This document shows, piece after piece, positions 1 to 15,000 of a DNA stretch of 38,492 nucleotides. The stretch lies in contig CAYWKY010000001.1 in NCBI GenBank assembly GCA_964458915.1, positions 1 through 38,492 of the forward strand, read 5' to 3'. The notes below the pieces were generated by a model. It made no database searches, was not told where the DNA came from, and saw nothing but the letters and a program-made list of their open reading frames with translations. A program made the translations under genes and the position numbers. Every line of letters begins with the position of its first letter. Within the stretch, counting starts at the first letter, position 1. This DNA comes from an uncultured Faecalibacterium sp. Its GTDB lineage: Bacteria; Bacillota; Clostridia; Oscillospirales; Acutalibacteraceae.

Positions 1-2
1 AG

Positions 3-3000
3 TTCCTCCTTGACCTCTTTGGCGGTATCAGTGTTTACACTCTTCCCGTTTGGAGCATGTTCCTTGAGTCAATGTTTGCAGACATGGGTCTTGACCTTAC
101 AAATGGTTTCGACGGTATCCTCAATATGCTCATGCAGGCGACAAAGACGGATCAAGCGACTTATAACGCTGAACAGGCAAAACCCGAAGCAGATCGAGCT
201 GCGTTCCTAATGAAAGCGGTTCTTGACAATAAGGGTAATAAGGTTTATGACCTTTATAATAAAGACGGAACTGTTAAGCAGTATGGAGTTGACACAGCTG
301 CACTCGCTAAACAGTACCCCGATGGTTTACCTAACGGTGAATATACTGCTCTGAGAGAAGAACCTTATAGAGATAGTGACGGTAACTACTATTACAAGCT
401 TGGTCTTCTTACACAAACTCTCTTTAGCACCGGTGCAAAGGGCTGCAACGAAGGCTATCTTGAGGTTCTTACATTCAATAAAAAGGGTGTTGGTACAGTT
501 GACTTTAGCGTACCCGTTAACCGTATCGCAGCTATGGGTACTGTTACTGAAAAGACCATAAACGGTGTTAAGAGCACCTGGACAGGATACCATATTAATG
601 CTGACCCCGGTGACGTTATCCTTTCACTGTTTAGATGGCTTCTTAACGACGGTGTCCTCGCTAAGCTTACTCCGCTTCTTAACGGTATGCTCAGCGACGG
701 TTCATCAAGCGTAACAATTATTGATACAATCGTTCCCATTCTTGACGGTCAGGCTGACACACTTATGGCTGTTCTTATCTCACTTCTCAATAACTACACA
801 GTTAACGGCTTTGAGTATAAGGATACATTTAAAGACGGCAAAATGACATGGCGTGAGCTTGGCACAAAGGCAGGTCAGTTCGTTCTCGGTGAGTATCTCA
901 CAAGCTCACTTTCTGACGAAGAAACAGCCGGTGTTAATGATACCGACGAAAAGAGACTCGCTAAGGTTGACAGAGCTATTAAGAATATTGATGATCTTAT
1001 CAATGATCTTCTTCCCACACTTCTTCCTATAGTTCTTCCCATGGTTGAGGGTTCTATCCCCGCTGATCTTAAGGGTATTCTTGAACCTCTTAAGAATGTT
1101 GAAAAGGGCGACACTCTCGCTAACATAGTTGCTGATGTTATCACAACAGATGACCTTATGCAGTATCTTATTAAGATGCTCTTTGGTACTCATGAGCAAA
1201 AGACAGAAAAAGATAAAGACGGCAACGATGTTCCCGTTTGGAAGAAGAACGATGCCGGTAAATATGTTGACGAAAACGGCAACGAAGTAACTGAAGGCAC
1301 AGTACCTGTTCTTGACACAGGTCTGTTAGGCAATATCCTCAGCATGGATATTATTTCAAACCTTCTTCCTGCTCTTGCAGACTTCGACATCGACCTTCGT
1401 CCCAGCTCATTCTATAGTGCAGCTGAAACTCACTTTAACAATGGCGGCAGCGCAATTAAGGGTTGGCTTGATGCTTGTATGCAGGCAGCTAATGTTACAG
1501 AAATTAATAAGCTTGAATGGAAAGATGTTAAATACATCGCAGGTACAAAATGGTTCAACCTTAAAGATTCAACTGCTGAAATTAAAGTTGATGCATTCTT
1601 CGATGTAATCGAAACACTTCTCACTCCCCTTGATCCCCTGCTTTCATACATTCTCAGCGGTCAGAGCATCACACTCTTTGACGAGCTGACACTCCAGGGC
1701 GGTAAGGGCTATCAGACATCAGTTGTTATGCTTATCGAAGCTCTCGGCTACGGTAGTGTTAATATTGATGCTACTTACAAAACATCAATGAGTGAGCAAC
1801 AATACTACACCTATGTTTACGGTACAGCAGAACCCACAGCGCCTGCGGGTCACAGAACTTGGAAAACCGTAAACTCACCTCTCGCTCCGCTGTTCACAAC
1901 ACTTAGAGCTTTCCTCGTTGGTGACGGCGAAACACTCGGTGTCCTTGAGAGTCCTCTTACAGTTCTTCTCTCAAAGCTTCCCAACATTGCATATCTTATG
2001 TATATGTATGACACTGATGAGCTTGATCCGACAGGTGCAAATCACTACAAGCAGACTAATAACCTTGCTCAGGCTATTAAGAACCTTATCGCTCCCGTAC
2101 TCTCACTGCTCGACATCATCGACCCGATTCTTGCAAGAGCACTTGAGCTTGATATAGGCGGATTGCTTGACCAATACTTGAACATTGAAAATATTGTAAA
2201 TGAGCTTCTTACAGGTCTTATCAACGCTGACAAGACTGATGGCGACAAGACAGAAGTTGTTGTTTCTCACTTCGTTGACTTTGGCGCACTTGCAATTTAC
2301 GGCGCAACACCTTATAAGAACGCTCCCTCAAATGTTGTTGTTAATGGTACGGCTTATGGTACATTCACATATTTCCAAGGCTCACCTGCAAAGGCATTTA
2401 TCACACTTATGAGATCTATCGTTTCAGATGATCTTATTAACATGTTCGCTGACCTGTTCATGAGAGTCTACACAGCTGTTGAGGAGGGCGAGACAGTTAC
2501 TCCCGAAATGGCTGCTGACCGTGACAGAGTTCGTACTATAGTTAAGGCAATTGCCAGCCGTGCAAAAAATACTCTTACTGTAAACGGTGAATACAACGGT
2601 ACCAGCGTCGATATTATCACAGGTATCCTTGTTGACGTACTCACTGACTATGTACCCGGCCAAGGCGTAGATATGTTCTACAAGAAGATGGCTGATAGCT
2701 TAGATAAGAGCGACGCACTTCTTAAGGATACTATGGATAAGTACGGCATAGTACACCAGGGTTATAACTGGAATGATGTTTCTAAGGATGACAAGGATAA
2801 TGTTCTCTTCACAAAAGACGATGTTAACAATACTCTTGAAGGCATCGACAGTGTTCTCGAAAAGGCTATTCCCGACATCTTAAACATTCTCATTAAAAAT
2901 AATATGCTCGATCTCTCATCTCTTGGCATTGAGCTTGAGGCCGGAGACACAAGCACAGTTACACTTTATCAGCTTTTGACAAAGATTGTTGAAAAATATG

Positions 3001-6000
3001 CTTTCACTGATAGCATCATGACAACAATTGTTAACTTGCTTTGCGGCATATTCGGCGGCAGCGTCGGTGATTTCCTCCCGATCGTTGCAGATGCAGGTAT
3101 CGACATCACTGCTGTTACTCTTTATAAGAAAGCAGCAACAAATAGCGGTCTTCGTCAGTACATGGCTTACAATATTGCAGGCGGTGTTGACGAAAACGGT
3201 AAGATTACTGTTGACGGCAAAAAGCGTGACATCACTTGGGCTGACATTTATGATGCTCACAGCTATCAGAAGTACGTTTATGACGAAAACGGTAACATCA
3301 AGGAAGAAAACGGCAAGCCCGTTATGTCTTTCGACACTAAGGTTAAGTTAGACGAGAACGGCAAGCAGGTTACAGATGCAGATGGCAACCTTGTTCTCGT
3401 ACCCGACACAACTAAGCCGAAGAAGGCACTTATCACCGGCATTTATAATCAGGTTGCAAATGATAAGGGTGAGTTTAAGTACACCTATAAAGACGGCAAA
3501 GAAACAAAAGACTATTACAGCAAATATGAGCATCTTGAGTCATTCGCTGTAAAGGGCAAAGATGAAGACGGCAAGGAAGTTTACACTAAGTATACTCTTA
3601 AGCCGGTTTATGCAGAGCCAAGCGAAACTAACACAGCTAAGTGGACTTGGAACTTCGAGTCAGTGGCAAACGCTAACTTCTACGCTAAGGTTAGCTACTT
3701 CATCACTCAGCTTTGGGAAATCCTCGGCTGTCTTGAAGATATTCTTGAAGCTATCTTCTTTGGCGCAAGCTCAAATAAGGCAGTTAAGCTCTTTGACACA
3801 TTAAATATCGAAGGTCAGGATAGCTATGAAGAAGTTATGCTTCCCTTGCTTCGTGGCTTCGGTCTTGATGCAATCCTTTCACACCTTAACACAACTAAGG
3901 TTAAGGGTGATAACAGCAAGACATTACTCCAGCAGCTCAACGAAAAGCGTCATGAGCTTTATGGCGATGTAGCAGACATTCCCGATCGCCTCATTATGGA
4001 CAATGACGGTATGAAGGAAGCTTGCGATTACACTGCTGAAAACGGCTATGACATGAGCGCATTCCTTGAAACAAATATTAACTATATCTTGTTCTTCATC
4101 GAAATTCTTGCTTCATATCCTGTTACAACTCTTCTTACAGCTCTTCCGACACTCGCTTACTTTATCGCAGGCGACGGTCTTAACGAAATCCTTACAAACC
4201 TTCTTACATTCGTAACAGTGCTCACCGACAGACTTGGCCCAATCGTAAAGGTTGATGTTAACTCTCTCGGCGGTGGTCTTATCGACTACTTAGGCACAAA
4301 CGACTGGTCATCATTCCAGAAGGCATTCACAAAGCATATCACTGTAGACGACAAGGGTAACGTCACTGAAACAGAGATAGATGTATCCTTCACACAGGCT
4401 ATTATCTCCTTTGTTGCAAACATCAAGTTTGACCTTGCAGGACTTCTCAAGAAGGATGCACCGTACGTTCGTACTGTAACATACTTCATTAATCATGATG
4501 TTGAAGAGCAAGCTTGGGCAATGATTAATGCTAAGCCCGATGATGCTAAGGTACTCGAAGCAGCTCGTACTCTTCGTGCTAACGCAGTTACAGATTGGCT
4601 TAAGCAAATCGCAGCTCTCGCTGAACCCTTCGGTGAGCAGTACACCGATGCTGACGGTAACACTCATAATATTCCTGAAGCTTATCAGAACTATGTAAAG
4701 ATTGACGCTGCAAACGGTCAGCTCACAGTTAACAAGGCTGATGTCTTCATGTTCGTGATTGACTTCATCTTTGAAAACACAACAATTAAGGAAGTTCTTG
4801 GCGCACTTCTCGGTTATGACATCACAGATGAAAACGAAAGTGACGCAGCTCTCCTTGACGAACTTATAACAAACATCTTCAAAAACCCGGATTCACTCGT
4901 TAAGCTTATAGTTGCTCTGTTTAACGGCTATACAGTTCCAGGCGCAACAACAGTTGTTTTGGATAAAATTGACGAACATCACTATAACTTCTACGACGAT
5001 GACGGCAACACAACATATAAGGATGTTCTTGAGCAGATTCAAGCAGGCACCTACGCAGGTTCCGAAATCTCAAGAGCTAAGACATCCTACGCTATCGACA
5101 ACCTTGACAAGCTCGTTGGTACAGTTCTCAACCTCTTCAAGAAGGATCTTGTAAAAGAGGGTGGACTCTTCCACGGCATATTCGACGAAAACGACGACAT
5201 TAGCCTTAAGGCAGCTGTTAACGGTCTTCTTGAAGATATGCTCTTCACAGACGACATGATTAACGACCTTCTCGGTATGCTTGTAGGTCTTCTTGCCGGC
5301 GAAGGCACTGCTGACATTATCGGCATTGTAACTGATATTCTCAACAGCGCAACCGGTATTGACATTTCACCTAAGGCATTCGCTAACAACGACACTCTTA
5401 AGCAGATTATTCTTAAGGCTGACGGCAAAACAGCTAAGACTTGGTCTGAAATCGCTAAGGAAAACACTAAGTACGCCTTTACTTATGTAACCGGTAAAGA
5501 TGACCAGGGTAAGGACATTACCGCTACATGGTATGATGTACAGACTGCTTCTACAGTTACAATCGATGGTAAGTCTTATGATCTTGACCCTGTTTGGAAT
5601 CAGAAGCAGGCTCAGAATGCAGATAAGGAGTATGAATATTTCTACTATGCTACTGAGAACGATAAGAAAGACGACAATAAGACATCTTACTTCGACAAAG
5701 AGCAGAACAAGACTACAGTAACTATTGAGGGTACAGAATATACACTCACAGCAGTTATGGTTGACGACAAAACAAGCCAGAAGACAGCTGTTAAGTTTGA
5801 CAAAGAGTGGAATATTGTTGTCGAGGCAACAGATACCGATGAGAGCGGAAAGATTGATCAAGCTGAAATCGATGCAGCAACAGCTCAGTCACGCTTGAAC
5901 TTCGTTACTATTCTTTGGGATGTTCTTCAGCCTCTCGCTCCTGTTCTTGAGGTATTCCTCACAGGCGCAGAACTCACAATTTATGACGAAATCACATTCC

Positions 6001-9000
6001 GTGGCTTTAAGGGCTACTCCGGCGTAATTCTTCCCATAATTGAAGCTCTCGGCGTACCCGTACTCACAAAGACAGACGGAACTAAGTACCTTGATAATTC
6101 AAAATATTATAAGACTCAGGAAGCTTACGAAGCAGCAGTTAATGCTAAAGGTAGCGACAAGCAGGTTCTTCTTCAGTCAATCACAGATGCACTCTTTGCT
6201 CTTGTAGATTCACTTTGCGACAGACCTGTTTCAACTATCGCAACTATTCTTCCTTATCTGTCAAGATTCATTGAAAGTGACGGTCTTGACACTATCGTTG
6301 CAAACCTTCTTTCACCTGTTACAGCTTTGACAGATATGATTAAGGACATTTATGACCTTGACCTTATCGGCTTACTTAAGGGTGTTCTTCAAGGTCTTGC
6401 AGGCTCAAGCGATGACCAGGCAGTTGAAACTGCTGCAGAATATGCAACTCAGCAGCTCACTATGGTTCAGGCAACAAACACAAGCACAGGTATCCAGCTT
6501 AAGGATAATAGCCAGACTCGTGCAGCTGACACCCAAAGCGGTGTTGACACAAGCAAGCTCACATTCATGGATATTATTTGGAAGATCCTTGAAAATGTTA
6601 AGATCAAAGTTAACGACACAACAACTATTGCTCTTTCAAATATCATTAGCCAAAACCTGTTCCATGTTCTTGCATCTTGCGCTTGGTTCGATGGCGACAA
6701 TACCGGTGCATTACACATCAAGGATGTTGAGTATGACGAGAACAACATCAACGACAGTAAGGTTATTAATGTTGCACTTGAAGGCGAGAACTACGCTCAA
6801 TATTATGTTGACCGTGAAACTGTTCTCCTTGCAGTTCTCGACACACTTGTCTTCCAGACCGGCGTTCGTGACCTTATTGCAGGCTTCTTAGGCGACTATG
6901 ACTTCTCAGCAGCCGGCCTCGCAGGTCTTGAGGCAGATCCTAATAAGACACTCGACACTGATTATCTCATTCCTGCACTTCTCTATGGTGTATTCACCGA
7001 CGGTGAAGCTCTTGAAAGACTTCTTATTGACCTTCTTTCATGGTACGATGTAGAGTATGCTCCGGCGAGAGTTTCTACAAGTATCGAAGGCATCACTAAC
7101 GATCTTCCCGCAGCTAACTGGGAGACATCAGGTATCGACAAGAATGAGCTTGAGAAGCTTCCTGAACAGCTCGATAATCTTATTGCAGCAGTTCTTCCTC
7201 TCGTAATTGAGCTTCTTCCCACCTTCGGCGTTAAGCTCAACCTTGAAACAGGTGGAGCAACATCAATCGAAGGTATTGTTGAAAACCTTATCGCTTCACT
7301 GTTTAAAGACACTGAAAAGGCTGACGGCCTTGCTACAACTCTCTTTGAGCTTCTTGTTAATCTCTTCGGCGGTAGCAAGCTCGACGGTACCTTAAGCTTG
7401 ATTTATGAGCTTACAGGTGGCGACGAATCAGCAATTAACCTTACTCTTGATTACTTCAAAGCTTCTTCTGAGGCAGTTGCAACATATTTTGCAGACTGCA
7501 AGACTTGGGAAGATGCATATAAGAAGTACAACAATAAGGTTGCTTTCACAGGTCAAAAAGTAACTTATACTGATGCAGATAACGTCGAGCATAAGGATGC
7601 TCCTGTTGCTAACGATGGCACATTCCTTTATGTAACTGACGAGTACAATAATCCTGTTGCAGAATATGCACTTGACAAAGATAACAATAAAATTCCCGTT
7701 TACGCTAACGGTAACTTTATAACAGACGACTACGGTAACAAGTGGTACACCACAGCCGGCACAGCTACAGAAGGCGAGCAGCCTCTTAAGGACACATATG
7801 TTGTTAAGACTGCTGAAGGCAAGGTTGTTTACCAGTATAAGTACGCAGTTCAGCTGACTATTACAAACAGCTTTGGTGCTACAGATTACGACAAGACAAT
7901 GGCACTTCTCGGTGACATTATTACACCCTTTGTTCCCGTATTCAGACTTCTTCTTGTTGAAAGCGGTGATCTGGTTCTTCTCGACGGTATCACAATTTCA
8001 GCCGGTGACGGTTACGACCGCTTCATTATCCCTGTTGCTGAAATGCTCGGTATCACAGTTGAAAACGACAAGAACGCAGTTGCTGCCTTCGACAACGCTG
8101 AATTCGGCGATTGGTTTGTTGGCTGTATCGTTAAGCTCATTCACAAGATTGTTAGCGCACCTGTTCAAACAATCGTTGATCTTATCCCCAGCCTTTCATA
8201 CTTCATCGTATCAAACGGTCTTGCTCAGAGCGTTGAGCAGTTCCTCGCTCCCTTACTTACACTCGTTGACATGGTTAACGACATCACAGCTAAGGAGCAT
8301 ACAATCACTGGCAGAGAAGAGCCTCTTGTAGCTCTCAACATCTATGAGCTTCTTGTTGATTTACTTGACGGCATTGTAACACTTCCCGAAGGTACTGACA
8401 CAGCAGGCGAAGTTATCACAGCTCTTCTCACAGCAGATGGCCTTGAAAACCTTATCATGGGTCTTGCTAAGGACGCAGAGGGTAACACTAAGCTCGGCTT
8501 CATTGATGGAATCTTCGCTGAGATTGTTACGAAGACTTGTGCAACAGCTGAAGTTAAAACAATGCGTTACTTTGGCGCAACTCAAAGAGGTGGCTCAAGA
8601 TATATCCAAGGTATTAAGACTTCAAGAGCAGTTACAGTTATCAACTTGATTTCTGAAATGGTACTCGCTGAAGACGGTCTCATCTTCGATATTCTTAACC
8701 TTCTCAATGTTAACCTCGATGATGACAAGAATGCAACAATCAAAACTGTAATCGATGGCATTACAGGCGACAAGAGATATTGCGTACTTCAGGTACTTCT
8801 CAACTACTTCAACCACTATGATGTTGAAAATGACCTTATTGAATATCTCTCATTCGATAAGCAGGACTACGATTATTCTAACTATACAACAGGTACAACC
8901 CTTACAGCTCGTAAGGTTAGAAGAGCAATTAAGAAGCTTGACCAGGCTATCCTCGCTTTGATTCCTGAGATTCTTCCCATGCTCGAAAATGTTGATATTC

Positions 9001-12000
9001 TTAAGGACGCTTTAGCTTCACTTAAGAAGCCTGACGGAACATATACCGGTGTAACACTCAACCAGGTTATCGAGGCTATACTCACTGACCTTGCCTTTAA
9101 CGATGACACTATGAACAGCCTTGTTGGTCTTGTTGTAGGTCTTCTCGGCGGTGAGGGTATCTCAGATACACTTGACAGTATTGCTCCTGTTCTGGCTAAG
9201 ATCGAAATCGACCTTACACCTGCAACTATTGCAGATAATGCTCCTGATACAGCAGTTGCATCATTTATAAATGCTGCTATTGCTGCTACAACTAGCGAAA
9301 CTGTTACACGCGCAGATGTTAGCTGGTCCGACATCGCTAAATACTACTCTGACAATAGATATTACTATATTGACACAGTAGTTGACACTAAGGATACAGA
9401 TGACACATCTGATGATGTAACAACATATGTAATTAAAGAGTACTTTGACAATGATAAATACGAAAACGCAAGCACACAGACTATCACCGTAAACGGTAAT
9501 GGCGTAGAAAAGGTTCTTTACAACCTTGTTATCGAAACCGATACAGACGGTAAGATAGTTTGGGACGGCGCAGAAGGCGGTACACCTAAGTTTAAGAAAG
9601 ACGATAAGGGTGCTACAATTTCAGCCGGCACTAAGGTTCTTGGCGCAACAACATACACCTGGGGTATCTCAGAGGCTGACAGTTTTGAGGCTAAGAAAGA
9701 CAAGTTCATTTCAGAGCTTTGGGCAATCCTTAAGGCAGTTGAACCTGTTCTTAACTTCCTGCTCAGAGGCGACAATATTACACTTAAGTCAACTGTTAAA
9801 GATGAAAACGGCAACGACAAAGAGGTAGACGCTATCACCATTAAGGGTGGTCAAGGCTACAGATATGCTCTTTATCCCCTTCTTCAGGCTCTTGCAGCTG
9901 ACCAGATGAATAATACTCTCGTTGACGCTTCAGCATATGAGTCAGGCAAGGGTAACTATATTACAATTTCAGCTATTTTCGACGGTATCTTCAACATTGT
10001 TGAAAACCTTGAAAATGGTCCCTTCGAGTATATCCTTACTCTTCTTCCCTCATTGTCATACTTCCTTTCATCTGACGGCTTAAGAATATTCGTTGAGAAT
10101 CTTCTCTCACCTGTATTCGCACTTCTCGATGTTGCAGAGCCGGCAGTAGGCGCACTTCTTGATGACCTTCTTGGCGGTCTTCTCAGTCCTCTTGTTGACG
10201 ATTACATGCCGAGCTTCGGTGAGGAAGTAGAGAATAAGCGTCCGACAAATGACAATAAGACACCTGAAGATCCATCAGATGACTACAAGGAATACACCCT
10301 TGACGAAATCATGCAGATCGCAGGCGCAGACGGTAGCAACCTTGTTAAGATTATCAATAAGGTTGTTGGCGGACTCCTTGTTAAGACTCCTGAAGGCGAA
10401 ACAGCTCAGGTTATTGAGATTCTTCCCGCTAACTTCTTCAAGGATTATGTAGCTCACGCTGTAGAAATCAGCAGAGACGAAGGCGCTAAGCAGTACTATG
10501 AGCTTCAAGTAAATGGTACAAATAAGATAATCTACATGGCTCAGGCTGACTATAACGAAGAGACTATGGCTTCACTTTACACTATAAAAGCTACTCGTTA
10601 TGCAGTTAGCAGCTGGAACGTAGATATTGCCGATTCACTGGTTTACCTTCTCCAGAGCGTTGTTTCTGAGGATCTCCTCAAAGTCTTCGCTAAGGACTAC
10701 GGTACTGATAAGTGGAATGATAAGCTCAGCAAGAATGACCTTATTACAGTAATTCTTAACAACCTTATCAACGGCAAGAACAACGGTCTTACAATCACAG
10801 ACATTCTCGTTTCACTCTTCGAAGGTTACGAAATCAGCTACAGCCCGCTTAACGGTATTTATATCGAAGGCGTTGGCAAGCATGATGGCTACTCAAATAC
10901 ATCTGATCTTGCAGGAAAGCTTGACAATGTTATTAATGAGGCTCTTCCCGTACTCCTTCCGATGCTTATAAAGAATCCTGCAGAGGGTTCACTCGCTGAC
11001 ACACTTCTTAAGGCTATGAAGGATTATGACTCAAGCGCAGAGGGTGCCGGAACTTCAATCGAAGCTCTCCTCGATGCACTTGTTAACTCCTTCTTAACTG
11101 ATGATATGGTTCGTGGCGTTCTCGAAATGCTTATCGGCGTTCTCGGCAACAGCACAATCGACATGGTTCTCGGCCTTGTTAAGATCGGTGAAAACAAACT
11201 CACAGCTGACGAGTATCTCGCAGAGATCAAAAATCACTTCACTCGTGAGGGTCTCACCGAAGACCAAAAGGCAGCATATGCAGCAGCTCTTAACGCACTC
11301 ACCACAATTATCGGTGGCAGCGATTCATGGACTGATGTTGCTAAGAAGTACACAAGATACGAATACACCTACATCATTACACCTGCTTCAGGCGACAATA
11401 AAGCTGTAACAGGCACATATTATGACGCAGACAGTAAGCTTAACGGTACCAAGAAGACTATTGGTGGCAAAGAGTATACACTTGCAGCAGCATATGAAGT
11501 AGTTGACGGTAAGTCTGTTCATAAGACAGCTATTAAGCTTGACGAGAACCTTACCTTCGGCATCAAAGATGCTACAGATAAGCTTGATGCACTCATTAAG
11601 GCATTCACAGTTATTCTTGAACCCTTGACAGCAGTTCTTCAACTTGTTCTCCAGGGCAAGACAGTTACACTTCTCTCAAGCAACGGCCAATATGTCGGTG
11701 ACTTTGATGCTGATATAACAGGCGCAACTGACAACGACGATAGAGCTGAAGAAATAGAAGCTGGTGTTATCGTTGGCGACGGTTATATCGAACTTCGTGG
11801 TTCAAAGGGCTATGACGAAGGTCTCCTTGCTCTCGCTGAAGCAATCTTCGGTCAGATTAAGGGTACAGCTCTTGCAGCTCAGATTCCTGACGGTGCTACA
11901 TTCAATGCTTACACCAACATTGAGGATATTCTCGGTGCAGTTGTTAACATGATTATGGCTCTCGTTGACGGTCTCGCTCAGGGCCCCATTGAGTTCCTTT

Positions 12001-15000
12001 CAAACCACCTTGCAGGACTCCTCTACTTCGTAGCAAGCGACAATCTTGCAAATCTCGTTGACAATGTGCTTGCACTTGCAAACGGTCTGTTTAAGGTGCT
12101 TTCACCCTTGACAGGCACAGACGACCTTCTTTCAATGCTCGGTCTTGACCTTAGCATTCTCAAGCTCGACAAGCTTCTCGATATGCTCAATAAGCTTATC
12201 CAGAATCCCAAGGACTATGAGGTAACAGTTGCTAACGGTAAAGCAACTTATGTAAACGACAAGAAAGAAACAGTCGAAATTAAAGATACTTCTAAGATCT
12301 TTGACAAAGAAATAACTGATAAAAATAATAACAAAAAGACTATCAAGGCTATCACAGTCAATACAGGTCTTGACTTCACTATCACTAAGGATATGCTCAC
12401 AGGTCTTGTTGCTGCAATGGGCGAATATACTACATTCGACTCACTCAGAACATCAGCAACATCAGCTCTCCTTGATAAGGACGGCAACGCTGTTGATACA
12501 AACGGCAACCCGCTTACAGGTGACGCAATTCTTAGTAAGAAGATTACAACAGTTGTTGGTTGTGACCACTCACTCTACGGTCTTCTTAACTTCGTTCTCA
12601 CAGATGAGATCCTCGGTCAATTCATAAGTGTTGATGAGACTGACACTGATAACATCCTCAACGATGTTATCAAGGCTCTCACAGCTGACGACGCTGCTAA
12701 GGGTATTGTAGATCTCCTTGGTACTCTTACAACTGAGTACCTTGTTGAGTACGCAGTAATCTTCGCAGAAGAAGGCGAAAATGCGTTTAAGAAGATTCCT
12801 GTACTCTATGCCGGTGATGAAAACGGTCATACTGTTACAAGAGACACAACTCTTAACGCTATCACTAACCTTGACAACTTAATTAATCCTATCTTTGAGA
12901 TTACAGGTCTTGGTTCACTTCAGGATCTCGTTGGCGGTCTTGTATTCACCGACGATATGGTTAACATGATCGTTGGCCTAATCGCAGGTCTCTTCTCAGG
13001 TCTCAACAGCGACACAATGTCACTCATTGACACTATTGCCGGTATTCTCGGTGAAGAAATCGACATTAGCGTTGAAACCTATAAGAATAACGAAACTCTC
13101 GCAGACTTCTTCGGTGAAGCTACGACTTGGGCTGAAGTTGCTGAGAAATATACTAAGTATGTTTACACCTACACCAGCGTCGATAAGGACGGCAAGGAAG
13201 TTGTTAACACAGTATATCTCGCTGATGCAAACGCAACTGAGTACAAAGTAAGCGACAACGAAACCTATACACTTACAAAGGTTTACGAGCAGAAGACAGA
13301 TAGCACAGGCACTCTCGTATACAATGTAAACGGTACTGAAACAGCACTTAATGATGTTAAGAAAGACACAGATGGTACCTACTACATCGAGAAAGATGGC
13401 GCAAATGTTATCGTTACTCCCGTTTATACAGATAAGCGTGCTACTAAGGTCGTTTATGATTACGCTTGGGGTATGGATAAGCTCACTGATACTGTTGAAA
13501 ACAATGTAGTGACTTACTCAAAGATGTATAAGCAAATCGATAAGTTTGTTGCAATCCTTACAGGCTTACTCAAGCCCGTAGACTTCATTCTTGAAGTTCT
13601 TCTCGCCGGTGGTACCGACGATGGTGACGCTACAAATTGCGACTCAATCGGCGCATTTGGCGAAATCAACATCATGGGCGGTTCAGGTTACAACTATGCG
13701 ATTATCCCGCTTCTTGAAACTCTGGGCGTACCTAACGAAATGATTAAGACTCAGACTGAATATGAAGCAACATTTGCTAATCAGGGCGCACTTGGCTATA
13801 TCCTTGAAACACTTCTCAAGTATATTGCTGATGGTCTTAACCAGCCTATGAGCTTCGTAATCAACCTTGTAACAAATCTCGTTTACTCAATGGCTAACGG
13901 CGACGGCTTAACTAAGCTTATCGGCAACCTTATAGCTCCTGTTTCAGAGCTTCTCAGAGCTGTCGAAGGCGTTCTTCCCGTTGCAATTGAAATTAACCTT
14001 CTCAACATCTTCGCAGAAGATACAACCAAAAACCCGATAATCAACTTCTATCTTGGTGATAGCGTTGCTTCTCACGGCGCACAGGTAGGTCTTAAGATTG
14101 ACCTTAGCCTTGCAACCTTTGAGCAGCTTATCACAGCAGCAGTAGGTAAGTTCGCAAACGGTCTTGACCTTGAATTTGACCTTAAGACATTCGTTCAGAG
14201 TGCTGTTGCAACTAATGCGGATGGTTCTATTAAGTATGTTGCTTCTATGACATCCACAGCTTACGATAAGGTAAATCCTGAAGGTAAGGAATGGAGAGAT
14301 AGAATCGTAGTTGATAAGGCAGACGCACTTGTAGCGTTCCTTGACATGATCGTTACTAAGGAATTTGTTGACACTCTCCTTAAGGACGTTCTCAAAGTTG
14401 AGCTTGACGAAAACGGTTATATTCCTGCTCTTGCTAACTTGAGCGAAGATCTCGCTAAGCTTGTAAGAGACGCTATGGATGACCCGTCAACAGTTGTAGA
14501 CGTTGTTATTAAGCTCCTTGCAGCTGACTACACCGTTAACGACGTTAAGGTACTCTTCGACGCACTCACAGGCGCTTCTTACAACTACGAGACAGAGGGC
14601 GTAACAAAGAATAAAGTTGAGTTAGCTCTCAATAAGCTTGATGCAGTTATCAACAACGCTATCAAGCCGGTGTTCAATATCCTTGGCGGTATGAACAATA
14701 TGCCCGAAATCGTGACAGAGCTTGCAGAAGCTGTTAAGAATGACGACAACGCATCAATCGGCAGTGTTGTTGACTACGCTCTTGAAACAATGCTCTTCAC
14801 AGACGATATGATTAATACTCTGTTCAGCCTTATCGTTAACTTGCTCGCAGGCATTGATGCTAAGACATTCAAGACCATTAACGATATTACTACAGAGGTT
14901 CTCAAACTTGACATTACACCCGAAGGCTTCGCAAAAGCTATGGACGCAGCTCTCGAAGGCACCGAACAGGGCGCAGTATCAGCATACATTATGAGCTTCA

